Shown: positions 39,151 to 52,675 of the stretch, one piece after another
Layout of the letters: each line of letters begins with the position of its first letter
How positions within the stretch are numbered: position 1 is the first letter of the stretch
Origin: Vicugna vicugna
Taxonomy: Eukaryota
Assembly (NCBI GenBank): GCA_013265495.1
Contig: MU058059.1
Coordinates: forward strand, 1,959,502-2,023,501
Direction of reading: 5' to 3'
Length of the DNA: 64,000 nucleotides
Notes under the pieces: generated by a model
Told to the model about the DNA's origin: nothing
Database searches by the model: none
What the model saw: only the letters and a program-made list of their open reading frames with translations
Program-made: the position numbers and the translations under genes

Positions 39151-40569
39151 TTAAAAGACATTTTTAATAAAAAGAAAGATAAATTCCTTCATTAATGGTT
39201 GTATAGAAACACCTTTAACTCATTAATTTCAAAATATATCCTTCTTACCTTTCACTAAAAATCATTCTCCTCTTAGATAAGCTCATATTTGAGGGGAAAA
39301 AAAGCTGTTCACGAAAAAGTATTCCTTACCTATTACATTTGCTCTCCCTTGATAGCTTTGGGATAGTTATAATTCCTCATTGGACATGAGAACACCTGCT
39401 GGAAGATGCAAGCAAGATGGAAATGCGTACTGAAGGCAGCAAGCTTCAAAACGATTTTTTAAAAGCTCCTCAGGTTGCTGACTCATTTCAAAGATGGCTG
39501 AAACACTACAATGAGGGGAAACTAATGTGGGCTGCAAGTCTCAGGAGAAGGAGGAAATCAAAGGGTGAAAAAGGGGCATTGGGATCAAGAAGCTCCCAAG
39601 AGCAAAAATCAAAGGCAGGACGAAGACTGTAGCGGGAGGCACCCATCACTCCGCCGTGCACTTTACATATTAGACGACTATACGTTTTTGCTGAGAGACA
39701 TTATTCACTTTAGTTAGTGTTCCTGGGATCCGTACTTTTGCCCCCATTCAGGACACACAATGGAATCATTTTTCCATCCCTATCTTTAACCAGTAGCTAA
39801 AGACTTCATAATGCCAAACTCCATCGAGCATGAAATAAATTCCTTCTCACTTACCAGTAGTATGTGTTTTTTTTTCCCCTTTCTTCACAGTCTGGGTCCA
39901 CTTGGCCTTATAAGTGCATTTCAGGACCATTTTAATAAACTCCTGGAAGCTCCCTTATTAATATTAGCAGACAAATTGCCACGAAGCTAAGGACAGACGA
40001 TGTTACTACCTATAGTTACTACTGTTTTCAGCTGAGAGACTTCCAGGTGGTTGAAGAATTCATTTTTAAAGGTTTCTGGGTTGTTTTCCCAACAAAAAAT
40101 ATTTTCACTATGTTAAAAATAGGAGATCTAAACTGCTGACTAGCCCCCATTGTAACAACTTTCTAATTCATATTTCTCAAATGATTTGGGACCAAGGGTT
40201 TGTGGCCTTCATCCATTTTGTGTGTCAGAGAAGCATGAGTTTTTTCTAACGAGGTTTTTTTTTTCTTTTTTGGAAAAAAAGCATTTCTGAGTTCTATAAA
40301 CTGTTCTACTTGCCCAATCCATACTCAGAGTCACTGTGATAGTCCGAAAAGAAAATGATTTGCAATTCTAAGTGAAAGAATCTGGGAAAATACGTTCAGA
40401 TCATTTTTTTTTATCCCAGTGTGAAATAAAGGATTACGGATATTTCATATGACTGAAAAGGGAAAGTGGCTTCTGGTGTCAGGGGGTTTTGTTTGGAAAA
40501 GCAGTCAAAGCAACTGATTCCATCCAGGGAGGAATTTGAAAAAAGAGGGAATTAAGTTTCTAACTTGAG

Positions 40570-41195
40570 AGAGTGTATTTACAATGTTGTGTTAGTTTCC
40601 AGTATACAGCAACGTGTTCAGTTATACATAATACATACATATTCTTTTTCACTATAGGTTTATTATAAGCTATTGAATATAGTTCCCTGTGTTATACAGT
40701 AGGACATTGTTATTTATCTACTTTATATATAGTAGTTTGTATCTGCTACTTAATTTAGCCCTCCCTGCAACCTTTCCCCTTTGGTGCCCGTAAGTTTGTT
40801 TCCTACATCTGTAAGTATGTTCCTGGTTATAAACAAGTTCATTTGTGTCATTTTTTTAGATTCCACATATAAGTGATATATGGTATTTATCTTTCTCTGT
40901 CTGACTTACATCACTTAGTATGATCATCTCTAGGTCCATCTGTGTTGCTGCAAATGGCATTGTTTCATTTCTTTTTATGGCTGAGTAGTATTCCATTGTA
41001 TATATACACTACAACTTATTTATCCAGTCATCTGTCGATGGACAGTTAGGCTGCTTCCATGTCTTGGCTTATGTAAACAGTGCTGCTATGAACATTGAGG
41101 TGCATGTACCTTTTTAAATTAGAGTTTTCTCTGGATACATGCCCAGGAGTGGAATTTCTGGATCATACGGTAAGTCTATTTATAGTTTTTTGAGG
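40570..41195 (-). mobile_element. L1 3' end (ORF2 tail plus 3' UTR)
   Basis: tacaatgttgtgttagtttcc...gctgcaaatggcatt...ggctgagtagtattccattg...ggagtggaatttctggatcata. Confidence 0.85.
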
Positions 41196-41264
41196 AGAGA
41201 TTCCAAGACCCTTTTCAGCACAGTAGAAAAATATGATCCAGCAATCCAGCATTATATATATAAA

Positions 41265-41762
41265 ATATATAATGGAATATTACTCAGCCATAAAAAAGGA
41301 ATGAAATAATGCCATTTGCAGCAACATGGATGGACCTAAAGATTATCAAGTGAAGTAAGTTGGACAGAGAAAGACAAATATCATATGATGCTGCTTATAT
41401 GTAGAATCTAAAAAGAAAATACACATTTTATTTACAAACCAGAAATAGACCCACAGACATAGAAAATAAACTGTATTTGCCGGGGGGAAGGAGAGGGTAG
41501 GGAGGGCTAGATTAGGAGTTTGGGATTAATAGATACACACTACTATATATAAAACAGATAAACAACAAGGACTTATTGTATAGCACAGGGAACTATATTC
41601 AATTTCCTATAATGAGCTGTAATGGAAAACAACTTGAAATATACATACATATTGCATACATATATATACACATACATATATGTATGTCTATGTATAACTG
41701 AATCCCTTTGCTTTACACCTGAAACTAACATTGTAAATCACCTACACTTCAATTTTAAAAAA
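41265..41762 (+). mobile_element. L1 3' end
   Basis: aatggaatattactcagccataaaaaagg...gccatttgcagcaacatggatggaccta...aaactaacattgtaaatc. Confidence 0.85.
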
Positions 41763-42671
41763 TGTTTTTTAAAAGGTGGGGAGGAGAGAAAGACCCCACA
41801 CAAACCTGAGGGAGAAGCCAAACCCCAGCTCCTGGGGGCTTGGCATTTAACACCCTTGACTTTTTTTCTCACGTGGGAAGATGGAGAGAAGTTTATCTTA
41901 GAAAACCCAGAGAGGGCAAAAGGCCTTGGAAGGATTTTGCCAGAGCTCCATTTCCATAGCAATGGGCTCCGGGTGTCCTTGACACAGACAGAGGATTTCA
42001 CTGTAAGATAAACAAGCAACACTGTCCGTAGAAAACAGCACCTTATCGGGACAGCCTCCCCCTCCCACAAAGCCCCCTCAATGCTCACATCCGATGGCAC
42101 TAAACAGCACGCTTAGCTGCAGGGACAACAGCTACAATTCACTCATCATGAAGAGGTTTTTCTCTTTTGTTGCCACAAAATTTAAATTAAAGGGCAACAA
42201 TGAAGAAATTCTACCTGATCGAAATCACTATTGCGCACAGGCAAGGCACAAAAGCACCCCAACACTCATAAATATTTTAAATCTCATATCACGCCCGTTG
42301 CTCTGGAAACGCAGTGCCCCTCCTTCCAAGCTCTTAGAGGAGTGAACTCAGCTCAAAGGGAAATCAGAACATACGCGCAGCCTTTAAGTTGAACACTGAC
42401 AGCCCTGTTGAACGAAAAAACAGTTATATTGTATTTTGTTTGTATCATTTACCGTGTTTGCAATGTCTGTATCATTGGTTTAAATCTCTAAACACATCAA
42501 TTAATTCAGCATTTTCTAACCAGCCGAACACTTCCAAAAACCATCAACGTTCCTACAATCCTTCAAGGTCTTAGTTTCTTCTTCCCCCTTCTCTTGCCAC
42601 TTCTGGGCTCCATTACACAGATATCATTTGTTTGTCCTTTAAAGCTCCAGCGTCCTGCTTAGGACCGTTCC

Positions 42672-42816
42672 CAGGGCCGCTTCATGAGTGTGTGACCCAT
42701 GCTGTCGCCCGTGGTTTAAAGCTCTGTTGAAACCGTCTTGAAATTTTTCATAATTTAAACAAGGGGCCCCGCATTTTCATTCTACACTAGCTCTTAAATT
42801 TCTGTAACTGGTTCTG
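42672..42816. mobile_element. MER45A-like hAT DNA transposon relic
   Basis: cagggccgcttcatg...gtcttgaaatttt...acaaggggccccgcattttcatt. Confidence 0.6.
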
Positions 42817-44184
42817 GATGTGCCCAGTGAAAGCTTCAGTTGAGAGCTGTCCTCAGAAGCCCGTGTACCTCTGATCAAATCATTCAGCGTTCGAGACACG
42901 CAATGCGTCACCACCTCTAACTAGAACAATGACCGTGAGGGGGCTGGATCCACCTGACTGCAGCGCCTTTTACTCCACATCGTAGCTAGAGGGACAGCTG
43001 ACAAACAGGGCGAGCAGCTGCCACCCCTCCCCCCTCAGGCCAACACTAGACACATGTATCTGACAACGCGAGCAAGTACTCCCATCACAAGTCCACAGGC
43101 TTGAGCTATCTTGGTACCACTGTCAACGGGATGGATAACACTGTATTTTCTGAGTCCCTAGCGCCATTGTCTTTTTCCTGAGACTGGGCGGCTTCTTTAT
43201 ACAGATGTGTACATTGGATGTGATAGTTTTTCTACTTTTTTCAAAAGCTGTTAGTAAATCAAGGATGTATATAAGAATTTCGGTCACTGTCTCCAGTTCC
43301 TTGCCTCACACTGGCCTTCACGGAACTCCAGCCGGCATCCTCCTCCTCTGAGCCACAGAACATGCCCTTCTCAAGGTCTCATCAACCTCCGTGTTGCCAA
43401 ATCCAACAAGCAGCTTCAGCTGACTTGACCTCATGGTTGCTTTTGTAAACAGTGACCTTTCTCTTCCTTCAGCCTCTCCTCTTTTGGCCTCCATCAGACT
43501 GCAGACGCCCAGTTTTCCCTCTGTCACAACAGTCTGCTGTCCTTACGAAACACCATAAAGTATGCTGAGCTGAGGACAGAGACTTGGGTTTCCCACCCCA
43601 TGCACCTGGCACTTCCTTGTTCATTATTATTAATTCCCCTGTAGATAATGACTTGACAAGGCATCACATGAGGGGGAAGTGAAATCACTGGGTTGTGGAA
43701 GTAATGGAATCTCAACAGCAGCCAAAATAAAACCAGGGTAAGTTTTACAGGGATAGGTGCAGAACCTTCCCATGCAGCCCCAAACCACTTGCAGCCACAG
43801 CACAATCGGGGCGAAGGCGGAAAAGATGCTCTAGTTCCTTGTGAGAGGTACACACCACACAAAACAGCACTGCCAGAAAAGTTAACGTGATCTAGGGCTG
43901 AATTAATAATGCCTTACCGTTAAAGACGGAAGATGACCGTTTGCATCCACAAATTCGATCATTATAATTTAACTATGCCCGAGATATTCCAAAGTCAGCC
44001 TGCACTCAACTGGGCAAAGAGAGAGTGGGAATTCCAGCAGGGCTTCTCAGGCTTCTATCAAATCACCTAGAGCTCTTGTTACAAGTACAGATTCTGATTC
44101 TACAGGGCTGGGCTGGGGCTGAGCTCCTTCATGCTTAAATATTTCCCTGGGGCAGCTGCTTTGAGGTCAAAAATTCAATTTCTC

Positions 44185-44330
44185 GTAATAAGTCGTAATG
44201 GAAAAGAAACTGAAAAAATATATACATATATGGATGTATATGTATAACTCAATCACTTTGCTGTACACCTGAAACTAGCATTGTATATTGACTACATGTC
44301 AATAAAAAATAAGAATTAAAAAAAAATTAA
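44185..44330 (+). mobile_element. Short L1 3' terminus with AATAAA and A-tail
   Basis: tatgtataactcaatcactttgctgtacacctgaaactagcattgta...caataaaaaa. Confidence 0.75.
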
Positions 44331-46561
44331 ATGATCTCTTGGGTTTTTTCCAGGTCTAACACTCTGGGATCTGCCAAAGCAGTGGAGCCCTGGCACAAAG
44401 TTCATCAGACTGATTAGTAAGATCACATCTCCCCCAGAGTTTTCTGTCACTATTTAACCAGAACTCCAGACTCCTCGTCCTGCAGTCACGTCTTGGAGAC
44501 CTTTGGCAACTATTCTTAGAGAGAACGCAGGGCTTCAGTTAAAGCAAATGGATTAACTCATTGTCAAGAGGGAAAAAGTATCAAGGCCTCCAAAATTAAA
44601 GACACAACGTAGGAAGGAGGTTACCACGCATCAACCAGGAAACCTGTTAAAGCGAACTGGTGGGTTGCTTCCTCAGCCCGTTTCCCCCGCGTGATGCTGC
44701 CTCCGGGCTGCCTCACCCACGCTGACAAGGATGCTGTCAAAGCAGCAGCAGAACGCTTCGATGGCGCTAACACTGAAAGGAGGCTGTTTTCTTAGCGCTG
44801 CCTGGTGCTGACAGAACCAGCCCTTCCAGCCCATTCAGCCCCAGCAGTGCTGGTATCCCGACCCGCTGCCTTTCCTCAGAGGCCTGGGGAGGGCTTTGCA
44901 CAGCAGGAAAGGAGGGCTGGAGGGGCAGCATCACCACAGCGGTGCCTTGAGGTCCTCCCTCCACCTCGTCTTATTCAAATAAGATTTCTAATACTATTTT
45001 TCTTTCATTTTCTAAATTCTTCCCTGTATTTTCATGATGATAATACAGTCGGAAAATTTAGTCTATTTCCACACATCAGTAACGAAGAAATCAGAACCCA
45101 GCCTGGGCCACACAAAGAAGTGACTCTCAAACATGCCACATTTACATACAGCTTCTTTAATACATTTTCTTTTAAAACAAACCCATAAAAACCAAACGGC
45201 CTGTCCTTACTGCACACCCTAGTTGGATTCACATACAGGTTTCCCACTTTGAGCAAAGTGCAAATCTTTACCGATGGACTGTGGACAGTGTGTTTTCTCA
45301 GTTTAAGTTCTAAGCTCTGCTTCCCCTCCTTGCCCCTTCCCCTCGGGCCAGCACCTCGGCACAGGCCTCCCCTTCTCCCCAGTTGATTCTCCAGTCCTCC
45401 GGCGTCCACCCTGGGGACGTTGACAAGTTTAGGATCCCAACCTGTTTACAGAAGGATGTCTGCCCTTCTTTCATCCTCTGAGACTGGGCTCCCCACCTGC
45501 CAATCCAGCACTTCTGTGAGCAGGGTGATTGTTCCCTCCTGGGGGTTGTAATTCCCAGAGAGTCGTCCTCCGCTGGAATGTGATGACAAGTGTGCAAAGT
45601 GAGGATCTAAACTCAGGCTTGACCCAAGATGAGCATCCATTAAACATAAATGGTAACTAGCACCGTATCTGCAATTAGCTTTAAGAAACTTCAGTATAAA
45701 GACTGTGACTTCGTGTGGTATCGTGTGCGTGCACATGTGTGTGTTACTGAGGTTAAACTACCCACATGCAGCTGGGATTAAAATCGGTGATGACGTGCCT
45801 TCTGGGGGGTGTCAGCTGGTTCTCCAATCAGGAAGCCTGTCCAGGCTGGAGGCACCCACAACAGTGTTCTGTTATCTGTCTCTCTCCCTTTGCAAATTAT
45901 CAATGAAAATATCAGAAATGGGCTTTTAGTAAAATTAGTGGATTGTTAATGGCATGATGAACAACAGAAATATAAACTCACTAGCGAGATGCATGGTAGT
46001 CAAGATATCGATGTAAGTGAAAATATTTTAGAGGGCACTTCTGGCCACAGCAAGTAAAGAGGTTGACAAATCCTCCTCCGAAAGAAACAGCTATGACAAC
46101 GGAACAAAATTTTCAAAAACAATGATTTCGGGACTCTGAACATCAACCAACAAACAACCAGTTGGGGAGCTTTTCTTTATGAAAGGCTGCTAGGGTTTGA
46201 GGTCAGACTGTAGAAGAGAGAGCAGCTTTCTGCGTGGGTCTGCTCCACACTCCCCCTTGCTCGCCAAGGCAAGGTGAGCCTGGGGGAAAAAAAGGTGGAC
46301 AACAGCTGACTGGATTTGGAGTGGAGAGTGGAACACACTCCCAGTGATGTCAACGAAGTTGTAACTTAGTAGAAAACAAATGTGGAAACACGAAAAGCCC
46401 ACAGCTCGACTGGCAAGGGTGGCATCCTAGCAGGGGCAGGCTACAGACAGCTGGACCAGCTGAACACCTGATGGGGGCATCCTGGACTCATGGGCATCAA
46501 GTAAGAAGGAGATCAGCTTTCCATCCCAGGCTTTTTTTTTTCTAGAAAAAGAATAAAATAC

Positions 46562-47062
46562 TTAAAAAGAAGCTGTGGTATATTTATAAAATAGAATACT
46601 ACTCAGCCTTAAAAAAGACTAAAATAATACCATTTGAAGTAACCTGGATGTACCTGGAGATTGTCATTCTAAGTAAGCCAGAAAGAGAAAGAAAAATACC
46701 ATATGATATCACTCATTTGTGAAATCTATAAAAAGAAAAAAGAAAACACTAATGAACTTATCTACAAAACAGAAACAGACTCACAGACATAGAAAACACA
46801 CATACGGATACTGGGGGGAAAAGGGTGGGAAGGAATAAATTGGGAGTTCGAGATTTGCAGATACTAACTGCTATATATAAAACAGATAAACAACAAGTTT
46901 CTTCTGTATAGCACAGAGAACTATAGTCAATATCTTGTGGTAGCCTACAATGAAAAAAGAATATGAAAAGGAATCGAATATATGTATATGTATGACTGAA
47001 ACATAATGCTGTACACCAGAAACTGACACATTGTAAACTGACTATATTTCAATTTAAAAAAA
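46562..47062 (+). mobile_element. L1 3' end, followed by an older L1M ORF2 fragment (about 47080-47460)
   Basis: gaatactactcagcc...aaaacagaaacagactcacagacatag...ttgtaaactgactatatttcaat; approximate TSD aaaatac(t/c)taa. Confidence 0.8.
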
Positions 47063-49883
47063 TACCTAAGAAAAAATTTAACAAAAGAAATTCAAGAGCA
47101 ATACACTGAAAATTATAAAACATTTCTGGCTGAAATGAAATAGTATCTAAATGAATGAAGATATATTTCTTATTCATAAACACAGAGACTCAATATTGTT
47201 AGACAGCACTTCCCCTCAATTGATCTGCAGATTCAATCTAATTCCTATCAAAATTCTGGCTGGTTTTTTGGTAGAAATTGGTAAGCTGATACTAATGGAA
47301 ACGCAAAGGACCTAGAACTGTCAAAGCAATTTAGAAAAAGTGAACAATGTGGAATGGCCTATTTCAAAACTTATTACAAAGCTGAAGGAATCCAGGCAGT
47401 GAGGTGTTAGCGCAGCGACAGACACAAGGATCAGTGGAAGAAAAGAGAGTCCAGAAATATTAACTAGCAGATGCCTCCATACTACTTCGGCATTATTTTA
47501 ATATTGAATTTGAAATTTTTTCATTTGCAGAAAACTGTCTTATGCACAAATTTTCAGGGAACATTTGATCACAGAAAACAGAGTCCATCTTAACTTAGTC
47601 AATTATAATAATTAAAATGAGACCAACAAAGTTGGAAACTACTAAAGGCATGCAAGACGTTATGGTCATATTTCTAAAGAGAATAGGCCATTCTTTCATT
47701 CAGTAATAAGTGATTTTTATCAAATAAAAATCCGTCTGTGACATAAATTCTGTATGCCTCTGTTCCACTCCTGAGAAGACCAGGCTGGCTTAGCCCCAAA
47801 TGCCTGGAGGGGAACAGCTGCCCTCCCACCTAAACCAAGTCCTCCGAAGGCAGGCAGGTGGAGTCCTTCAAACAAAAACTCTGCTTTATATAAAAATGTA
47901 ACTACAAGAGATAGTCAACAAATGCCAACAAGACTGAAGGCAAGGCCCAACAGGGTATTCTGGCATCACGGTCTTTAAACCAAAAGGAAACCAAATGCAG
48001 GAGACACGTGGTGTTTCATCAGACTCTGTCTGTCTATAGGGACACTATTTTACAGCATCTCCGTGGCGCAACATTGCTGGTGCAGGCACTCAGAAACTGA
48101 GCTGATGGGCACACATGGTAGGGCTCCTGGGGCACTTCTCATGCCTGCTTGATTACAGCTCCGGGGGCTCAGGACCACTGGTCACCAGCGTGCAGGACAT
48201 CCTAGAAACTCAACCAATGCTTGTTGAAGATGTGAGCTAATACGTTGCTGGCCTGAGATACCTAGAAGTCAGTGGCTCCAAATCTAGAAATGAGATTTTG
48301 TTAAATATAACCTGGGTTTTAAGTCTTATCCATTATTAGTCACTATCATTTCAACTATGAGAACATAATCCTTTTTTTTTCTTTGTACTGAACTGATAGA
48401 AAAACCAACAGGTAAAGAATCCCTTCAAGCTTTCAAGCCCCTGCTGATTACCAGGTTTCGTGACTCCTCTTTCTCCATATTTGGATCCTGTCTCGGGGCA
48501 TGGAAAGTATCTGAACTTCAGGTTTCTGCCACTAGGTTGTCCCCGGTCATGTGTTTTGGTTTAGAATGAGAGCTAACGTCTCGTTCCCAAAACTGCTTGT
48601 CCACCCTCTGCCCAACCTGGTTACCTGGATGGATTCTTCTTTGTTCTCCATGTCTGCACCCTACCTGGGGGACCTGCGAGGGTCCCCAGCCTTCCTGAGC
48701 TCGTACCTGTCTACCCCACCCCACCACTCCCCAGGACGTCATTGCGCTGCCTTCTCACTAGTGACTACTTGAGTCCTGTCCACCGGTCTGTCTGGACCTC
48801 TCATTACTACCCACTGGCTTCCCTCAGAGCCCCTGTTGCTTGTCTGTACTGGGACTTTCGTTCATTCATCCAACAATATGCACAGAATCAACACAAAATT
48901 CCAGATGTTGGGCTGGTTATTAGAAATAAGAACAAAAATCTCTGTCCTCAAGGGGAGTCAGGCAAGGTAACAAATCCTTACAAAATGATGGGCTAGTCAG
49001 AAGTATAGACAGGTTGCCATGGTAGCAAGCAGCAGGAAAGCCCAAGCGACGGGGTGGACCAGAGTAAGTCAGGTGCCACAGGTGAACTCTGCACGTGAGC
49101 CACCCTGCCAGGTCACAGGAACCACAAGAGGACCAGGGGGCAGCTCTGGCTGGGTGGGGACTCAACTGATCATGGAACATGACACAAGTTCAGAAACAGG
49201 ATGGTTGACAGAGGCCACAGTAACAAGTGTGTCCTGGGGCGGGTGAGGCTTTAGGTAGGGAATGAGGATGCAAGACGGGTGAGGGAGTCATGTGAACAAG
49301 TCCTGCTGCTCAAAGGCCAAATCTGACTTTGTGAGTCTGGAGGGATTATGGAGGCCTGTGGCAAACGGGTAAAGCCAAGGAGTACAGGGTGAAGACAGAG
49401 CTTAAGCAGCACCAGAGTAACTGTGGTGTGGGACCAGATTAAGTGAGAGGATGCTGGCATAAGAGGCTTCTGAAAAGTGGCTGGTGATAGTCACTTAGAC
49501 AGCTGGTGATCATCTGCAGTGGAATAAAGAGGAACAAAGATTTTAAAAAAAATCAGGGACCTTTTTAAAAAATGAAACAGAAGTTCCGAGGGATGATTTG
49601 GAGAAGGGGAAGACAAAAAAAGAAAAGAAAGAAAAGGAACACGAAACCAAGGAGACCAAAAGAATGCCACGGACTAGGAGAAAAGGGAAAGGAGCCATCG
49701 GAGCAGGAAAGAATTCGTGTGCTGGGCCAGAGATAACAAGAAAAGCCCTTTTTAGGAATAAAACTCTGTCATTACCCAAAGGTTGGAAGACATTTAAATG
49801 TGAAGTATACAATAGTCAGCATCGTGGTGTGAGATTTTTCGCTTTCTAAATGTCCTCTTTTAAAAATGACCTGCTAAACTTAA

Positions 49884-50012
49884 TATTTTTTGGTGGGAGG
49901 GAGAGGTAACTAGGTTTATTTATTTACTTACTTTTAATGGCGGTACTGGGGATTGAACCCAGGACCCCCGGCATGCTAAGAACGTACTCTACCACTGAGC
50001 TAAATCCTCCCC
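49884..50012 (-). mobile_element. Vic-1-type tRNA-derived SINE (long-tail variant)
   Basis: ggggattgaacccagg...ctctaccactgagcta; imperfect TSD tga(c/t)ctg(c/t)taaacttaa at 49867-49883 and 50013-50029. Confidence 0.85.
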
Positions 50013-52479
50013 TGATCTGTTAAACTTAAACATCTTTTTTATTGTCGTGGAGAATTTCCTGAGGTTCTGGCAGGAAACTGTGGGGCGAAGGAACAAACTG
50101 CAGGAAGTACTTTAGGGAATGGGAAAAGATGGCACTGTCCATAAACACTAGCTGGTCTCCATCTGACATTCCCACCAGCGATGCAGGAGGTTCTCGGCAC
50201 AAGACAGTCCCACTGCCTGCTGGGCCAGCAGATCAGGCTTCAAAGATAAGCTCAGGAATGGCGCGATTCAAACTTCCAATGGTCGAATCAGAAAAGGAAA
50301 ACAATGCACACACAGGCTGAAGTCAGGGTCTTCTGTGTTTCTATGCCCCCGTTTGGGGATTAACCTCGGAGGTAAATGCTTACCTAGGCAGGAATTTCAG
50401 CCAGCGGGCTAATTAGGAATCTCACTGCCTCCTTTGTCTGTCTTCTGCCCCTGAGCAAGACCCCAAATCACTGGGAACAAGTTACCCCAAAGAAAGCTCT
50501 CTGGATCCGGCATTGAGAAAACAAAGACTCGAGTGGGAACAGTCTGTGCTGTGAACTGGTTACTCTGGGCACTGACTGTCACCCTCCATATCAAGGACAT
50601 GACGATGCAGTGAGCCCAGTACAGTGTGGTGTTTTATGCTGACAGAGCCCCTGGCAGACAGGTTCCAACAGAACCCAGGTTCACGACCTTAACTAAATTA
50701 CTCCGATAAGGGAGTTTTCCTTCTTCTCATTAACTTTGAGATGCATTTATCTACTCAGTTGTCCATGGGCATTTTAGCAATAAAACCGGTACAAGAATTA
50801 TTTGCGAGCATGTAAATAAATTGCATGCATTCTTCTTAGGAGACTGGAGTTTGACTTGTTCATCTAAACATTTCAGGGGACTATCACTAGCAACATCGAC
50901 TAAGGTCTCAGAGCAAGAGTTCTTATTGATTGTCTCCACTTAACTTTTGTTTTCAAGGTGCAGGCTTAACTTTATCCATCAGATGTTATTTTTAAAAGTT
51001 AAGTTTTTCTGCATCTGACACAGGCATTCCAATAATAAATCATACTTTTTGGTAAGATAAATAACATACTATCTTTAACTGCTAATAGAATTATTCTCAA
51101 ACTTAACCTCTCTACACCATACATCACCTAAAATGTATTTTTAAAAACCATTTACGGCTTCAGGAATAGCTTATCAATGCTACGGTAAACAATACTTTCA
51201 GAAGGAGTGCAGTGTCACGGAATCAATCAACGATCTAATTTTTAAATTCCCAAAGATCTAGGAAACACAGCTCTAATATCTGTCTGTTGAAGGCGGTAAG
51301 TTGGAAGATGAAAAGTTTATAAGCGTATAGATTCATTAAGCGGTGCATTTAACATCCTGCAGCAGGGTCACTGAAGAAGTAGTGTGGAGGGAGGGCAGGG
51401 GAGAGGGGAAGGGTGCTTCCTGTTTTGTCAGGAAATAACTGGTGCCTCCCTCATACTATTAGGGAGGAAGTAGTTTTTATGAAGCAGCTTGCTTTTAAGG
51501 CTTATTTGAAGAAACATCTAAGGAAGGATACTTGAGGAACTACATGTAGTATTTGTGTCAAAATAAGGTGATTTAACCTTTCTCTATATACCCTTTGGTA
51601 TCTTTTGAACTTGGTACTATGGGCATGGATTACATATTCAAAACTATTTTTTAAAATGACTTGATTCATCAATAAAGATGTTCATTTCAATGTGGATCAA
51701 CCAATATGAGTGCCAGGAATATTGGCACTATTAACCGCCAGGAATACTGCAAAGCCATGGACACCCAGAGAAGAATGAAACAGTCCCTGTCCTCAGGAAG
51801 CCCGGGGCAGGGGGCTGGACCGAGTAGCGGCCAGCTGGGTCCCAGCCTCCCCCGTGGAGCCCCAGTGTGATGGTCTCCTGTGTCATTTTGTGTGTGCGTG
51901 TTATGGAGTGAGGGGTTTGGGGGGCGTTAGTCCAAGCCCACAGGGTGGTGTTTCTAGAAGAATCATGGTGGTGGCGGGGGCTGAGGACAGAGGAGGGGGT
52001 GGAGGCCCAGTGGGAGAATCGTCACAATATTTCATGGGAAAGACAAACAATCCCTGAGCCTAGTCAGCAGTGGGGACAAAAAAGTGGGAGATGGACTGCA
52101 GGTTTTCAGAAGGTAGAATCAACAAGTCCTAACACCCAAGTGAATCTGGGCACTGAAAGAGGAGGCGTGTCATGGATGGCGAGCCCACAAGGCAGGCGTG
52201 ACAGTTGGACCACCACCCTGGACCGCGTGCCTAAGACGCAGACACCCACAACCCTGGGCACATATTCCCCTCTGTGTTATTGAATCACATCAATCCTCTC
52301 CATTTCACAGACCAGAAGACTGACATCCAGAGATGCCGAGAAACTTAACCAATGTCATGGCTCACCCAAGTGATAGGTCTGACATTTGAGCCCAAGACTC
52401 CTTGCTTACAAACCCAGACTCCAAATTCCAGAGAACATAGCTGGGGAGAGAGCCTCCCAGCAGTTCTGCGCAGAACAGT

Positions 52480-52675
52480 ACTGATGATGCTTAGATAGTG
52501 CTTACTGCGGGCTGACGCTGGATTAGGCACTGCCCTACGCAGTTTTCTTGCATTCTTTCATCTTTTCATCAACAGCCTCGCCAGGGAGGTACCATTATTA
52601 CTCCCTTTTACAGATGGTGAAACTAAAGCACAGAGAGGTTAAGTAACGTGCTCAAATTCCCACAGCTGGTGAAGC
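52480..52675 (-). mobile_element. MIR SINE
   Basis: ttttacagatggtgaaactaaagcacagagaggttaagtaac. Confidence 0.75.
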
